64,000 nt of DNA from Candidatus Latescibacterota bacterium (GCA_965206595.1 OZ242214.1:5728001-5792000); one strand, 5' to 3'; counted from the stretch's first letter, positions 54,700 through 64,000 are shown. Numbers and translations: made by a program. The notes: a model not told the origin generated them from the letters alone.

Positions 54700-56367
54700 A
54701 TGACTGAACACCTTCCCGCGCTGGCGCGCCTCTGTTTTCGCGTTCCCCCAGAGCGCATGTCCGAGTTCGAGAGCGCCTTCGAGAGCAGGCTGCTGCCGCG
54801 ACTGCAGGACCGCGGTCTCACCCCGGCAGCCGACCTCGGCCGCCCCACGGTTCCCGGGGTCTTTCACCGGCTGTTCCCCCTCGAGGAGACAGGGCAGATA
54901 ACACGGGTCAGCGTCGATCTTGAGGCGGACGCGGACTGGGCGGCGGCGCTCGATGAAATCGGGGGAGATCTCGGCGCGACGATTTCCTGCACCTTCCACA
55001 GCTATCTCGCCGCCGGCGTTCAGGGGCGCCGCGTCGATGTCGACGAATCGACCGAGGGCCGCTGGACGACCTACACCACCGCCAACCTCGTTTCCGGCGA
55101 CCTCGTCACCTGCATTCTGCGCGACAGCCGGCAGCGGTTCTGGTTTACGACCGCCCACGCCGGCACCACCATGTTCGACGGTAACCAGTGGCACGACTTC
55201 GGACCGGAGACTGGACTGCCTGTCGACCGCTGCTGGGCGCTGTTCGAAGGTAGCGAGGGAGAGATCTGGTTCGGCTCTCACCGCAGCGGGGTAACCCGGT
55301 TCGACGGCGACAGCTGGATGTCGTTCAGGCAGGAAGACGGCTTGCCCAGCAACAGCGTGATTTCCGGATACCAGGACGGACAGGGGAGGCTCTGGTTCGG
55401 ATCGGACGTGTCGGAAGCGGGAGAGGGACTCGCCTGCCTGAACGGGGATTCCTGGACCCTCGTAACCGTCGCCGACGGCCTTGCCGACAATCGCGTCAAG
55501 TGGATCACCCAGGACCGCGACAACCGCCACTGGGTCGGGACCGCCGGAGGGGTTTCGGTTTACGACGGATCGGGGTGGCAGACCTACGACACCGGGGACG
55601 GGCTCCCCGGAAACTGGGTCGAAACGATTCTGCAGGATCGCGAAGGAGATATGTGGGTCGCCACGGACCGCGGCCTCGCCCATTTCGACGGCGTCGAGTG
55701 GACGGGGTACACGGCCCAGGACGGGCTCCCCGGGAGCTGGGTGACCGCGGCCTTTCAGGACAGCCGCGACATTCTCTGGTTCGGAACCTTGAACGCCGGC
55801 GTCTGCTGTTTCGACGGGGAGACCTTCCAGACGCTTAATCACGAAGATGGCCTTTCCGGGGATGCTGTCTGGTGGATCTACGAGGACGAGACGGGGGACC
55901 TCTGGTTCGCGACCGACGGCGGGGTGTCGCGCTATCGCCCGCCGGAGCCGGATCCTCCGGCGGTGAAACTGAATGCGGTTACCGCCGACAGGCGCTACGA
56001 GCAGTTCGACGACCTGGTTCTTCCGGCGTCGGCCGACCTCGTCGCCTTCGAGTTCGACGGGGAGAGCCCGCACACCCGTCACAGCGGCCTGGTGTACCGG
56101 CACCGGCTCGTCGGCTGCGACGACGAGTGGCGCACCACGTACCGGCGCCGCGCCGAATACAGCTATATAGAGCCGGGCACCTACAAATTCCAGGTGCAGG
56201 TTGTAGACCAACTCCTCGACTACTCTCCCATCCTCGAGACCGAGTTCACAGTGCAGGACCCGCAGGGAGACCGCATCGGCGAACTCGAAGAAAGCGTAGA
56301 CGAGCTGTCGCGCCGGCTCGAGGAGGCGAACCGCAGGCTGCGGGACGCCGGTCTTCACCAAGCATAA
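54700..56367 (+). CDS. Two-component-regulator beta-propeller + Y_Y_Y protein with N-terminal alpha/beta domain and no output domain
   Basis: Repeated DGLPxNxV..I.QD..G.LW.GT..G; YRHRLVG...Y.YIEPGTYKFQV; short C-terminal coiled coil; ATG 54700 inferred. Confidence 0.82.
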   Translation: MTEHLPALARLCFRVPPERMSEFESAFESRLLPRLQDRGLTPAADLGRPTVPGVFHRLFPLEETGQITRVSVDLEADADWAAALDEIGGDLGATISCTFHSYLAAGVQGRRVDVDESTEGRWTTYTTANLVSGDLVTCILRDSRQRFWFTTAHAGTTMFDGNQWHDFGPETGLPVDRCWALFEGSEGEIWFGSHRSGVTRFDGDSWMSFRQEDGLPSNSVISGYQDGQGRLWFGSDVSEAGEGLACLNGDSWTLVTVADGLADNRVKWITQDRDNRHWVGTAGGVSVYDGSGWQTYDTGDGLPGNWVETILQDREGDMWVATDRGLAHFDGVEWTGYTAQDGLPGSWVTAAFQDSRDILWFGTLNAGVCCFDGETFQTLNHEDGLSGDAVWWIYEDETGDLWFATDGGVSRYRPPEPDPPAVKLNAVTADRRYEQFDDLVLPASADLVAFEFDGESPHTRHSGLVYRHRLVGCDDEWRTTYRRRAEYSYIEPGTYKFQVQVVDQLLDYSPILETEFTVQDPQGDRIGELEESVDELSRRLEEANRRLRDAGLHQA

Positions 56368-56399
56368 AAAAACCGGGCGCGCCGCTGCGACGCGCCCGG
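56366..56399 (-). terminator. Rho-independent terminator oriented for a minus-strand transcript
   Basis: CCGGGCGCG-N9-CGCGCCCGG followed by T7 on the minus strand. Confidence 0.75.
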
Positions 56400-56467
56400 G
56401 ATACCTCGGTAACCGGCGGGTAAGGCCGGTTCCGTCCAGGTGATCGACCACCTGGTGAATCCGAAGG

Positions 56468-56506
56468 TCAGGTGGTCGACCTCCTTAAGGGTATTCTACT
56501 ACTCAC
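56468..56506 (-). CDS. Putative 12-aa peptide (MSSRIPLRRSTT)
   Basis: AAAGGAGGTGGTCT then GTG AGT AGT AGA ATA CCC TTA AGG AGG TCG ACC ACC TGA. Confidence 0.4.
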   Translation of the reverse strand: MSSRIPLRRSTT

Positions 56507-56667
56507 AGACCACCTCCTTTCTATTCGGCTCCGGGCCCTCGGCGCTTACCGGTGCCTTGAACCCGTGCTCGTTCATTTAGGCCGGCGCAGCGCTATCGGT
56601 TTTGAACAACCGGCCATTTGGCGAGATGCCAGAAACGGAAACGGCCTTCGTTTCCGTTGCCTTTCCA

Positions 56668-56697
56668 AATATAAACAGGGCGAAAAAACAGAGTCAA
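56668..56697 (-). promoter_or_regulatory. Putative sigma70 promoter
   Basis: -35 TTGACT (56697-56692), 18-nt spacer, -10 TATATT (56673-56668). Confidence 0.55.
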
Positions 56698-56757
56698 CAG
56701 CTTTTTTGGCCCCCCGTCCCAGTGCCGCAATTCTCGCAACTCCAAGTCCTGCAATCG

Positions 56758-57648
56758 CTACTGGTTCAGCGAATCCATTGTTGTCGAGAGCCCGAGGGCG
56801 AGCTGCCGGCCAGCGGGGAAGTTCCTTCCCCCCAGACTCTGACGCACCGCCAGCTCGAGGAGCGCGTTCCCGGGAAGCGAAAAGGAAAGCGCCGGCGCCA
56901 GGTAGGTGATGCGCTTGATCTGCGTCCTGCTGGGAAAGCCGAAGTCCGTCCCCGTCCGGCCGCGCAGCATCTGCAGCTTGAGGGCAAGCCCGACCCTGTC
57001 CCCGACGTCTCCTCCCGCTTCGAGGTCGATCATCCACTCGTCCCCCGGGTCGCGGAGGATCTCCTCGTTTTCGGTGCGCACCCGATAGCCGACATCGGCG
57101 TTGGCGTACAGCGGCAGCGGCCAGAAGGAACGGCCGGCCTGCAGGGTGAAGTCGAAGTCCCACTGGCCTTCGCCCACCGGTATCAGGCCGTCCTCGTTGC
57201 GGAACTCCCCCGTCGGCATCTTCACCGCCGTCTTCACAGTGAAGACCGCGGGGGTTTGGAACGCCCGCCACTTCGCCAGCAGGCGCAGGTCGCTGAAGCC
57301 GCTGTCTCCCACCGGGTCGAGGTGGGTGGCGTCGTCGAACTGCTGGTCGAACCAAGGCACCTGAAAGCCGAGGTCGAGACGGTCGCTGGCGCCGAAAAAT
57401 CCCTCGGCGAACACCGCCATCGAGTCGTACTCCCCGTTGAAGCGATAGGGCCGCCGGCTCCCGGCCTCGTGCATCCGGCCCGTGAACTCCTGGGCGTTGA
57501 TGTACCATTCCCGGGCGTGCTGACGGAACCAGGTGATCTTGCCCCAGGCGCTGCCGGCGGGAAGGGTCCAGGCGCCGGCGCCGGCCGCGTCGGGAACGAG
57601 AATTTCCGCGACGGCGAACAAGGTCACTGCCCACTGCTTCCTATACAT
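56758..57648 (-). CDS. Putative outer-membrane beta-barrel protein (MetA-pathway/transporter-like)
   Basis: Signal peptide, AWTLPAG, SGFSD, KMPTG, PVGEGQWD, alternating beta-strand pattern; ATG 57648 inferred. Confidence 0.65.
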   Translation of the reverse strand: MYRKQWAVTLFAVAEILVPDAAGAGAWTLPAGSAWGKITWFRQHAREWYINAQEFTGRMHEAGSRRPYRFNGEYDSMAVFAEGFFGASDRLDLGFQVPWFDQQFDDATHLDPVGDSGFSDLRLLAKWRAFQTPAVFTVKTAVKMPTGEFRNEDGLIPVGEGQWDFDFTLQAGRSFWPLPLYANADVGYRVRTENEEILRDPGDEWMIDLEAGGDVGDRVGLALKLQMLRGRTGTDFGFPSRTQIKRITYLAPALSFSLPGNALLELAVRQSLGGRNFPAGRQLALGLSTTMDSLNQ

Positions 57649-57830
57649 GGATCCGCGACCTTTCCTGGTTTCGATTCTGCGACCCAAGCCCCACTGGAAA
57701 AAGCGGATTCGCCAATGCGTCATCGAGGCCTTTCCGCGGCCGGCGCCCGTGCCAAATTGCCCGACCTCGCAGGCACAGCGACTTTTTGATTGCGGACGCC
57801 GCACCCGGGAAACAACATACCTCCTTTGCC

Positions 57831-59129
57831 ATGCACCTGCTGACCCTCGGACTGAACCACGAAACCGCCCCTGTGGAGACGCGCGAGCAGCTCGCTTTTT
57901 CCCCGGCCGCCCAGACCGAGGTGATGCAGCGCCTCGTAGGCGACTACGGCATCGAGGAGGCCGCGGTGCTGTGCACCTGCAACCGCTCCGAGATTTACGC
58001 GGTCAGCGGCGACCTCCACGGCCTCGACGGGGTGCGCCGGTACCTGTCGAGCGAGCACGACGTCGACCTCAGAGAGCTCTCCCCCTGTCTCTACGAGTTC
58101 GCCGACGCCGATGCCGCCATGCACCTGTTCCGGGTCGCCTGCGGCATCGACTCCCTGGTCACCGGGGAGTCGCAGATCCTCGGACAGGTGCGCGAGGCCC
58201 TGGAGCGGGCGCAGCAGACGCGCACGGCGCGGCGGTTCATCAACGAGGTGTTCCAGCGTGCCCTGAGGGCGGGGAAGCGGGCGCGGAGCGAAACCGACAT
58301 CGGGCGCGGCCGCCTGTCGGTCAGCAGCGCCGCGGTCGAGCTCGCGGGGCAGATCTTCGACCGCCTCGAGGGCCGTTCGGCGCTGCTCCTCGGGGCCGGC
58401 GAGATGATCGAGCTCACCGCCCGCTACCTCGTCAACAGCGGCATCGAGCGCTTCCTGGTCGCCAACAGGACCTTCGAACGGGCACGGGAGCTGGCGCGTC
58501 GCTTCGGCGGCGAGGCGGTGCCGTTCACCGACTTCGGCGAGCGCCTCGAGCAGGTCGACATCGTCATAACCTCGACCGCGGCTCCCGGTTTCGTCATCTC
58601 GCCGGAGATGATCGACGAGGCGATGCACCGCCGGCGCGGGCGGCCGCTGTTCCTGATCGACATCGCCGTGCCGCGCGACGTCGACCCGGCCGTGCGCGAC
58701 GTCGACAACCTCTTTCTGTTCGACATCGACGACCTCGAGGAGGTCGTCAGGGCCAACCGCCGTGAGCGCGAGCAGGAGATCTGCCAGGTGCAGGAGGTCA
58801 TCGACAGCGAGCACCGCGAGTTTGTGCACTGGCTCAACGCCCTGGAAACCGGCCCCCTGGTCAAGTCGCTGCGGCGCCACGCCGACGACCTGCGCCGCCA
58901 GGAGCTCGACCGCTGGATGGCCAAGCTTTCCCACCTTTCCGACGAGGACCGCGAAACCGTGGAGGCGGCCATGCGCGGTTACGCCAACAAGCTGCTTCAT
59001 CACCCCCTGGTGGAGATCCGCAACCTCGCCGGCGAGGAGGACGGGTACGTCCGTCTCGAGACCGTGCGGCGCCTGTTTGGGCTCGACCGCATAGGGGAGG
59101 AGGACCCCGGCGGAGGGAAGGACCCGTGA
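57831..59129 (+). CDS. hemA: Glutamyl-tRNA reductase
   Basis: GLNHETAP, CTCNRSE, GESQILGQ, GAGEM, DIAVPRD. Confidence 0.96.
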   Translation: MHLLTLGLNHETAPVETREQLAFSPAAQTEVMQRLVGDYGIEEAAVLCTCNRSEIYAVSGDLHGLDGVRRYLSSEHDVDLRELSPCLYEFADADAAMHLFRVACGIDSLVTGESQILGQVREALERAQQTRTARRFINEVFQRALRAGKRARSETDIGRGRLSVSSAAVELAGQIFDRLEGRSALLLGAGEMIELTARYLVNSGIERFLVANRTFERARELARRFGGEAVPFTDFGERLEQVDIVITSTAAPGFVISPEMIDEAMHRRRGRPLFLIDIAVPRDVDPAVRDVDNLFLFDIDDLEEVVRANRREREQEICQVQEVIDSEHREFVHWLNALETGPLVKSLRRHADDLRRQELDRWMAKLSHLSDEDRETVEAAMRGYANKLLHHPLVEIRNLAGEEDGYVRLETVRRLFGLDRIGEEDPGGGKDP

Positions 59130-59944
59130 CCGCGGCCTGCCTCCTTTTTCTCGGGGTGTCGCTCTGTTGTTATCTGGCCGCGGCCTTCCTGTATCACGTC
59201 CGGCTGTTCTTCAACAAGCCGCACCTGGACCGCTGGGGGCGAAATGGGTTGCTGTTGGGGGTGGCCGTCCACGCCGTGGGGGTGATCCTCCACCTGCTCC
59301 TGTCGGGACAGCCCCCCTTTTCCAGCATGCTGCTGCTGGTCTCGCTGCTGATTATCCCTTTCGTGGGAGCCGGCCTCGCCATCGAGGAGTTCACGCGCGT
59401 TCGCCACCTTGGCCTGCTGCTGGCGCCGCTGGCCTTTCTCGGCCTGCTCTACCCGCTGCTGATGCCTGTGCAATTCGACGAGGCCGAGTCGATGCTCCTG
59501 CGCTTCCCCTGGCTCGGCGTGCACGTCCTCGTCACCCTGCTGGGGGACGCCGGCTTCGCGCTCGCCTTCTGCACCGCGGCGTCCTACCTCATCCAGTCCC
59601 GGCAGTTGAAGAGGGGCCGCCTCAATCGCTATCTGCCGGCCCTGGACACCGCAGGACGGATCACCGACTACGCGGTGGGATACGGCTTCTTCCTGTTTTC
59701 GGCAGGGCTCGCGATGGGCTTGGTCTGGCTGCTCGGGGCGCCGGGGGAATTCCTCGGGCGGGGGGACCCGAAGGTCCTGATGGCCGTGCCGACCTGGCTC
59801 GCGTACGCCGCCTACCTGTACCTGCGCGGCGTCCGCGGCGAGTACGGGAGCCGCCTGAAGTGGCTGGTGATCGCCGGGTTTCTGTTCGTCGTCGCCAATC
59901 TGCTCGGCGTGCGCCACGACTTCGCGGTGAACGCGGCTCTCTAA
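59126..59944 (+). CDS. Cytochrome c assembly protein family (CcsA/HemX-like)
   Basis: ~8 TM helices, WLGVHV, LPALD, DPK; overlaps hemA stop. Confidence 0.85.
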   Translation: MTAACLLFLGVSLCCYLAAAFLYHVRLFFNKPHLDRWGRNGLLLGVAVHAVGVILHLLLSGQPPFSSMLLLVSLLIIPFVGAGLAIEEFTRVRHLGLLLAPLAFLGLLYPLLMPVQFDEAESMLLRFPWLGVHVLVTLLGDAGFALAFCTAASYLIQSRQLKRGRLNRYLPALDTAGRITDYAVGYGFFLFSAGLAMGLVWLLGAPGEFLGRGDPKVLMAVPTWLAYAAYLYLRGVRGEYGSRLKWLVIAGFLFVVANLLGVRHDFAVNAAL

Positions 59945-59992
59945 GGGGTTCCCGGGGCCGGTCCCTGGCCCCGAGCTGCCGAAAGTTCTTAT

Positions 59993-60048
59993 CCCACGAA
60001 ATAACGGATCGGCGTCCGAAATACCGTTGGTCTCCGATATTTCGTGGG
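59993..60048. promoter_or_regulatory. Tripartite CGAAATAxCG element, candidate sigma54 upstream activator sequence (copy 1)
   Basis: CCCACGAAATAACGG, CCGAAATACCG, inverted CCGATATTTCGTGGG. Confidence 0.6.
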
Positions 60049-60123
60049 ACAGTTTTTCCCGCGAACGGCGCGAGATGTTTCGCAATCCGTTGTAAATGAT
60101 ACATATAGAAGATCGGACTGGAA

Positions 60124-60139
60124 CGGCACGGGAGTTGCG
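60124..60139 (+). promoter_or_regulatory. Sigma54 (-24/-12) promoter
   Basis: CGGCACG-GGAG-TTGCG matches TGGCACG-N4-TTGC spacing. Confidence 0.65.
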
Positions 60140-60446
60140 AATTGCCGGAAACCGTCGCTGGTGAACACCGCTGTGCAGGAGGCTGCCCTTCCCTCGGCCC
60201 GGGGGCGGACCGTGTATCCCCAGAAAATCCGAATGCACGGAACGACCCATGTCCGGCTGCGGACTGCGGTTGCTCCCTTGATTTCCCGCCCACCCAATCT
60301 GCCACTGGAGACCGAATGAGAACCGTCGCACCGTTTCGTCAATCACCCCCGGGGCTCCCAGGGCGAGCGTCCAGCCTCGGGAGATTGCCGCAAGCCGGCT
60401 GCCGGAAGGAGGTGGAACCGCGGGAAAAACGGCGGCCGGGGCTGGC

Positions 60447-62255
60447 GTGGTATTCGTGAGACAGGACATCCGGCTTTCCGTTGCCCTTCTGGCGACGGGC
60501 CTCGCCGGGGCCGCCGGCGCCAGCCCCCTGCACGTCCTGGAGGCCGAGCGCTTCGCGACCCCGCCAGTACTTGACGGCGAGTTCACGGACTGGAGAGGCG
60601 CACACTGGACCCGGTTCTATCCGGGCGCCCCCCAGATGTCCGGTCGGGCGTTGAACTGGTTGAAGGACGACGGACTGTCCGAACCACCCGGCACCGCCGC
60701 GACCGCGGCCGACCTGTCGGGCAGCTTCTCGATCCGCTGGGACGACGACTGGATCTACCTCGCCGCCGATGTAACCGACAACGTCCACGACGTCTCCGGC
60801 GGCACCAGCCTGACCTGGTACCTGAAGGACGCGGTAGCCCTGTACCTCGACGTTCCCGACGACGGCGACGGCGGCGGGTGGGTACTGGGGGACCACGCCT
60901 TCGCCTTCGTCGCCGAGCCTTCCGGTCCCGGGGACGGCCGCTGGTGGCGGCGCGGCGAAGCCAAAGGGAGCGAGGAGTCGCAGGCCCCCCCGGAGACCCG
61001 GCTGGCGGTCGTCCTCAGTGAGACCGGATACCGGATCGAGGCCGCTATCCCGATGGCGCCCCTGACGGAACGCACCCCGGAATGGCGCCCCCCGTTTGCC
61101 GGGCGCTCGGCCGGCTTCTTCCTGCTCGCCGCGGACCCGGACGGGGGTGCGGAGGAGGTCAGCCAGATCCTGTACGGCGGAGACGACGACAACGACGCCA
61201 ACTGGGCGACCCTGCGGTTCGTCGAGGCGTGCGGCCCTTCCCCAGGGAGCACCGGTCCCGGACCCGTGCTCGGGCGCCTGGTCGTTCCCTTGTCTCCGGA
61301 ACGCGCAGGAGAGTTCACGGCATTCGATGCCGCCCTGCTTCCTCTTCTCGAAGGGCACGGCTTTCAGGCCGTGGAGCCCCCGCTGTCCGCCAGCGTGGAT
61401 CCATGGCATACGCGTTTCTTTACGGCTCCCGGTACCACCCTGCTGCGGCAGTGGTGGGCGGACGTCGAGACCGATCCGGCATGGATCGCCGCGAAGGTCG
61501 CCCTGGCACCCTATGGCCCTCGCGGGGATGGGGCGGATCCATCCATTGCCCCGCGGGGGCTGACCGCTTCGATGGAGCTCTACTCCTCTCCCGCGGGGGA
61601 GGGGGTCGCGAAGGAGCTGGGACCCGGAAAACCTCGTAATATCGAGCCGGTCACCGCGCGCGCCGGCGCCGGCTTGCGCACCGGAAACTGGTGGAATCTC
61701 GGGGTGCCGGACGGGGTGCCGCCGACCGTGGACATCCTTCAGGATGAAGAGGGCGCCCTGTGGCTGGCGACCTATCTCGGCGTCCACCGCTTCGACGGCG
61801 TCCATGTCACCAGCTACGAGGTGTCGAAAGGACCCTTGGACGAGTTCGTTCAGGCGATTCATCGCGACCGGGAGGGAAATCTCTGGGTGGCGCGCGGCAG
61901 GGCGATCTCCAATGGAAAGGGGGGCGGGCTCAGCCGCTTCGACGGGTCGCGCTGGCGCGACTTCGATGTCGAGGACGGCCTGTCACACAACTACAATACG
62001 GCGATTGCCGAGGACGCGGCCGGCCGCCTGTGGTTCGCGACCGGCCGGGCGTCAGTTGCCTCGAAGGGAACCGCCTGACCAGCTATACCCCGGAACATGG
62101 ATTGCCCGCCCCCGTAGTGCTCGATCTGCTGGGGACGAGGGACGGGGCGGTGTGGTTCGCGACCAACAGCGGGGTGTCCAGCTTCGACGGCGCCGCTTTC
62201 ACCAACTACACGGATGCCGACGGCCTGCCGGGCGGCCGTATCCTCGCCCTCGGGG
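60447..62255 (+). pseudogene. Exported CBM9/DOMON-like + alpha/beta domain + beta-propeller sensor, frameshifted and truncated
   Basis: Signal peptide, LDGEFTDW, WDDDWIYLAADVTD, propeller repeats; frameshift near 62045; repeats stop mid-unit at ~62255. Confidence 0.7.
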
Positions 62256-63834
62256 ATGGTCCTGGTGGTCGACGACACCCCGGCCAACCTCGAGGTTCTG
62301 GTGAGTGCCCTGTCGAATGCGGACTTCGGGGTGCTCGTCGCCACCAACGGCAGCGAAGCCCTGGAGCGCACCCGGCAGGATGAGGTCGACCTCATCCTGC
62401 TCGACGTGATGATGCCGGGGATCGACAGCTTCGAGACCTGCGCCAGGCTGAAACAGGACCCCCGCACCCGCGACATCCCCGTCATCTTCATGACCGCTCT
62501 CTCCGATACCGCCGACAAGGTCAGGGGATTCGCCGCCGGCGCCGTCGACTACGTCACCAAGCCGATCCGGCACGAGGAAGTGCTGGCCCGCGTCGAGACC
62601 CACCTCTCTTTGCGCCGGTTGCAGCGGGAGCTCGAGGAGGGGAACCGGAGGCTGAGCGCCGAGGTGGAGGAACGCCGCAAGGCGCAGGCCGCCCTCAGGG
62701 AGCTCAACGTGTCGCTGGAACAGCGGGTCGCCGAGCGCACCGCCGAGCTCGAGGCCGCCCTCGCGGAAGTGGAGCGGCTCAGGAACAGGCTCGAGGTCGA
62801 GAACCAGTACCTGCAGGAAGAGATCGGCCTCTCCCACGATTTCCAGGGGATCATCAGCCACAGCGAGCTTCCGCAGGGTGCTGTCCGAAGTGGAGCAGGT
62901 CGCCGACACCGGCGCCACCGTGCTCATCCTGGGGGAGACCGGAACCGGTAAGGAGCTGCTGGCGCGCGCCGTCCACGACATCAGCGGCGCCGCGAGCGCC
63001 CGTTGGTCAAGGTGAACTGCGCCGCCCTGGCCGAGAACCTGATCGAGAGCGAGCTCTTCGGGCACGAGAAGGGGGCCTTCACCGGGGCGGTTGCCCGCAA
63101 GGTCGGGCGCTTCGAGCTGGCCGACCGCGGCACCCTCTTTCTCGACGAGGTCGGGGAGCTGCCCCTCGACCTGCAGGCCAAGATGCTGCGAGTCCTTCAG
63201 GAAGGGGAGTTCGAGTGCCTCGGCGGCACCGAGACCCTCAGGGTCGACGTGCGCGTCATCGCCGCTACCAATCGCGACCTGCAGGGCGACGTCGAGGAGG
63301 GCCGCTTTCGCCAGGACCTGTACTACCGGCTCAACGTCTTTCCGATACGCAGCCTGCCGCTGCGCGAGCGCAAGGAGGACATCCCCCTGCTGGTCCGGCA
63401 TTTCGTCGGGAAATTTTCGGGCGAGACCGGCAGGCAGGTGGACTCGGTCCCCTCCGACGTGATGGAGCGGCTGATGGCCTACTACTGGCCCGGCAACGTG
63501 CGCGAGCTGGAGAACGTCGTCGAGCGGGCGCTCATCGTCAGCCGCGGCGGCCGTCTGCAGCTGGGGGACTGGTTCGCACCCGGCAAGCCGGAGCCGCTAC
63601 CCGGCGCCGCAACCCCCGCAGCGCCCGGAGGGATCGCACCCTCGACCGGGGGGGAGGTGGCGACCTCGGAGGAGAACGAGCGCCGCCACATTCTCGAGGT
63701 GCTGGAGCGGACCGGGTGGCGCATTCGCGGCGCCGGCGGGGCCGCCGAAAGGCTCGCCGTCAAGCCGACTGACCCTCGAGTCCCGCATGAAAAAGCTGAA
63801 CATCGCGCGAAGACCCGCCGGGCCCACGGAATAG
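62256..63834 (+). pseudogene. Receiver + coiled coil + sigma54 AAA+ activator + Fis HTH (NtrC/FhlA-like), three frameshifts
   Basis: VLVVDD, LLDVMMP, KP; GETGTGKE; GAFTGA; LFLDEVGE; WPGNVREL; TLESRMKKL; frame changes near 62868, 62985 and 63771. Confidence 0.8.
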
Positions 63835-63875
63835 CGGATTCGGCAGTCCGAAATATCGGGGCCTCCGGTATTTCG
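63823..63875. promoter_or_regulatory. Tripartite CGAAATAxCG element, candidate sigma54 upstream activator sequence (copy 2)
   Basis: CCCACGGAATAGCGG, CCGAAATATCGG, inverted CCGGTATTTCG. Confidence 0.6.
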
Positions 63876-64000
63876 CGTTTCCTCTCTGAACTGCCACACT
63901 ATCACTTGCGGTGCCTCTGAAAATGGGGTATTGATGATGTCGACCAAGACATTTATCGACCCCTTCCAGGAGGACACCGCAAGTGAAGTGTAGCAAACAA

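Larger units (their letters stand above)
56366..56661 (-). ncRNA. Candidate ~300-nt structured RNA or small-peptide mRNA
   Basis: Promoter-like TTGACT-N18-TATATT upstream, several hairpins, strong RBS with 12-codon ORF, terminator. Confidence 0.45.

Noticed and set aside
56540-56600. 6S RNA-like TGAAC...GGGTTCAAGG hairpin
   Set aside because: I could not find the long closing rod of 6S RNA by eye; left unassigned pending an Rfam search.

Overview
GC-rich bacterial chromosome segment. The lineage is probably FCB-superphylum-like, inferred from an NYPNPFNP-type FlgD/T9SS-like C-terminal domain and a homodimeric GlyRS. The first ~38 kb is intact housekeeping: purN, arsC, prpCB, purA, serA, yihA, clpXP, tig, tRNA-Leu(TAG), glyQS, recO, ftsB-like, proB, hisFH, proC, an H1-like/SWIB protein, carA, an internally duplicated UxaA-family dehydratase, aroC, and a two-subunit RND efflux system with TolC. 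At 39-50 kb, an ArsS-type radical SAM gene lies divergent from a four-gene redox operon. The operon holds a frameshifted flavoprotein, a frameshifted membrane ferredoxin, an exported DUF3179 protein and an intact flavoprotein-membrane-ferredoxin fusion; a triple 11-bp-period repeat sits between it and arsS. At 50-64 kb are GGT, a cysteine hydrolase, orphan beta-propeller sensor proteins, hemA-ccsA and a decayed sigma54 signalling locus flanked by two copies of an enhancer-like motif. Outside the ORF track, a ~300-nt structured minus-strand unit (56366-56697) has its own promoter, terminator and 12-codon ORF behind a very strong RBS. A similar strong-RBS mini-ORF precedes the SWIB gene. No CRISPR array, transposase, integrase or rRNA was seen. 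All assignments are by eye from motifs; no searches were run.
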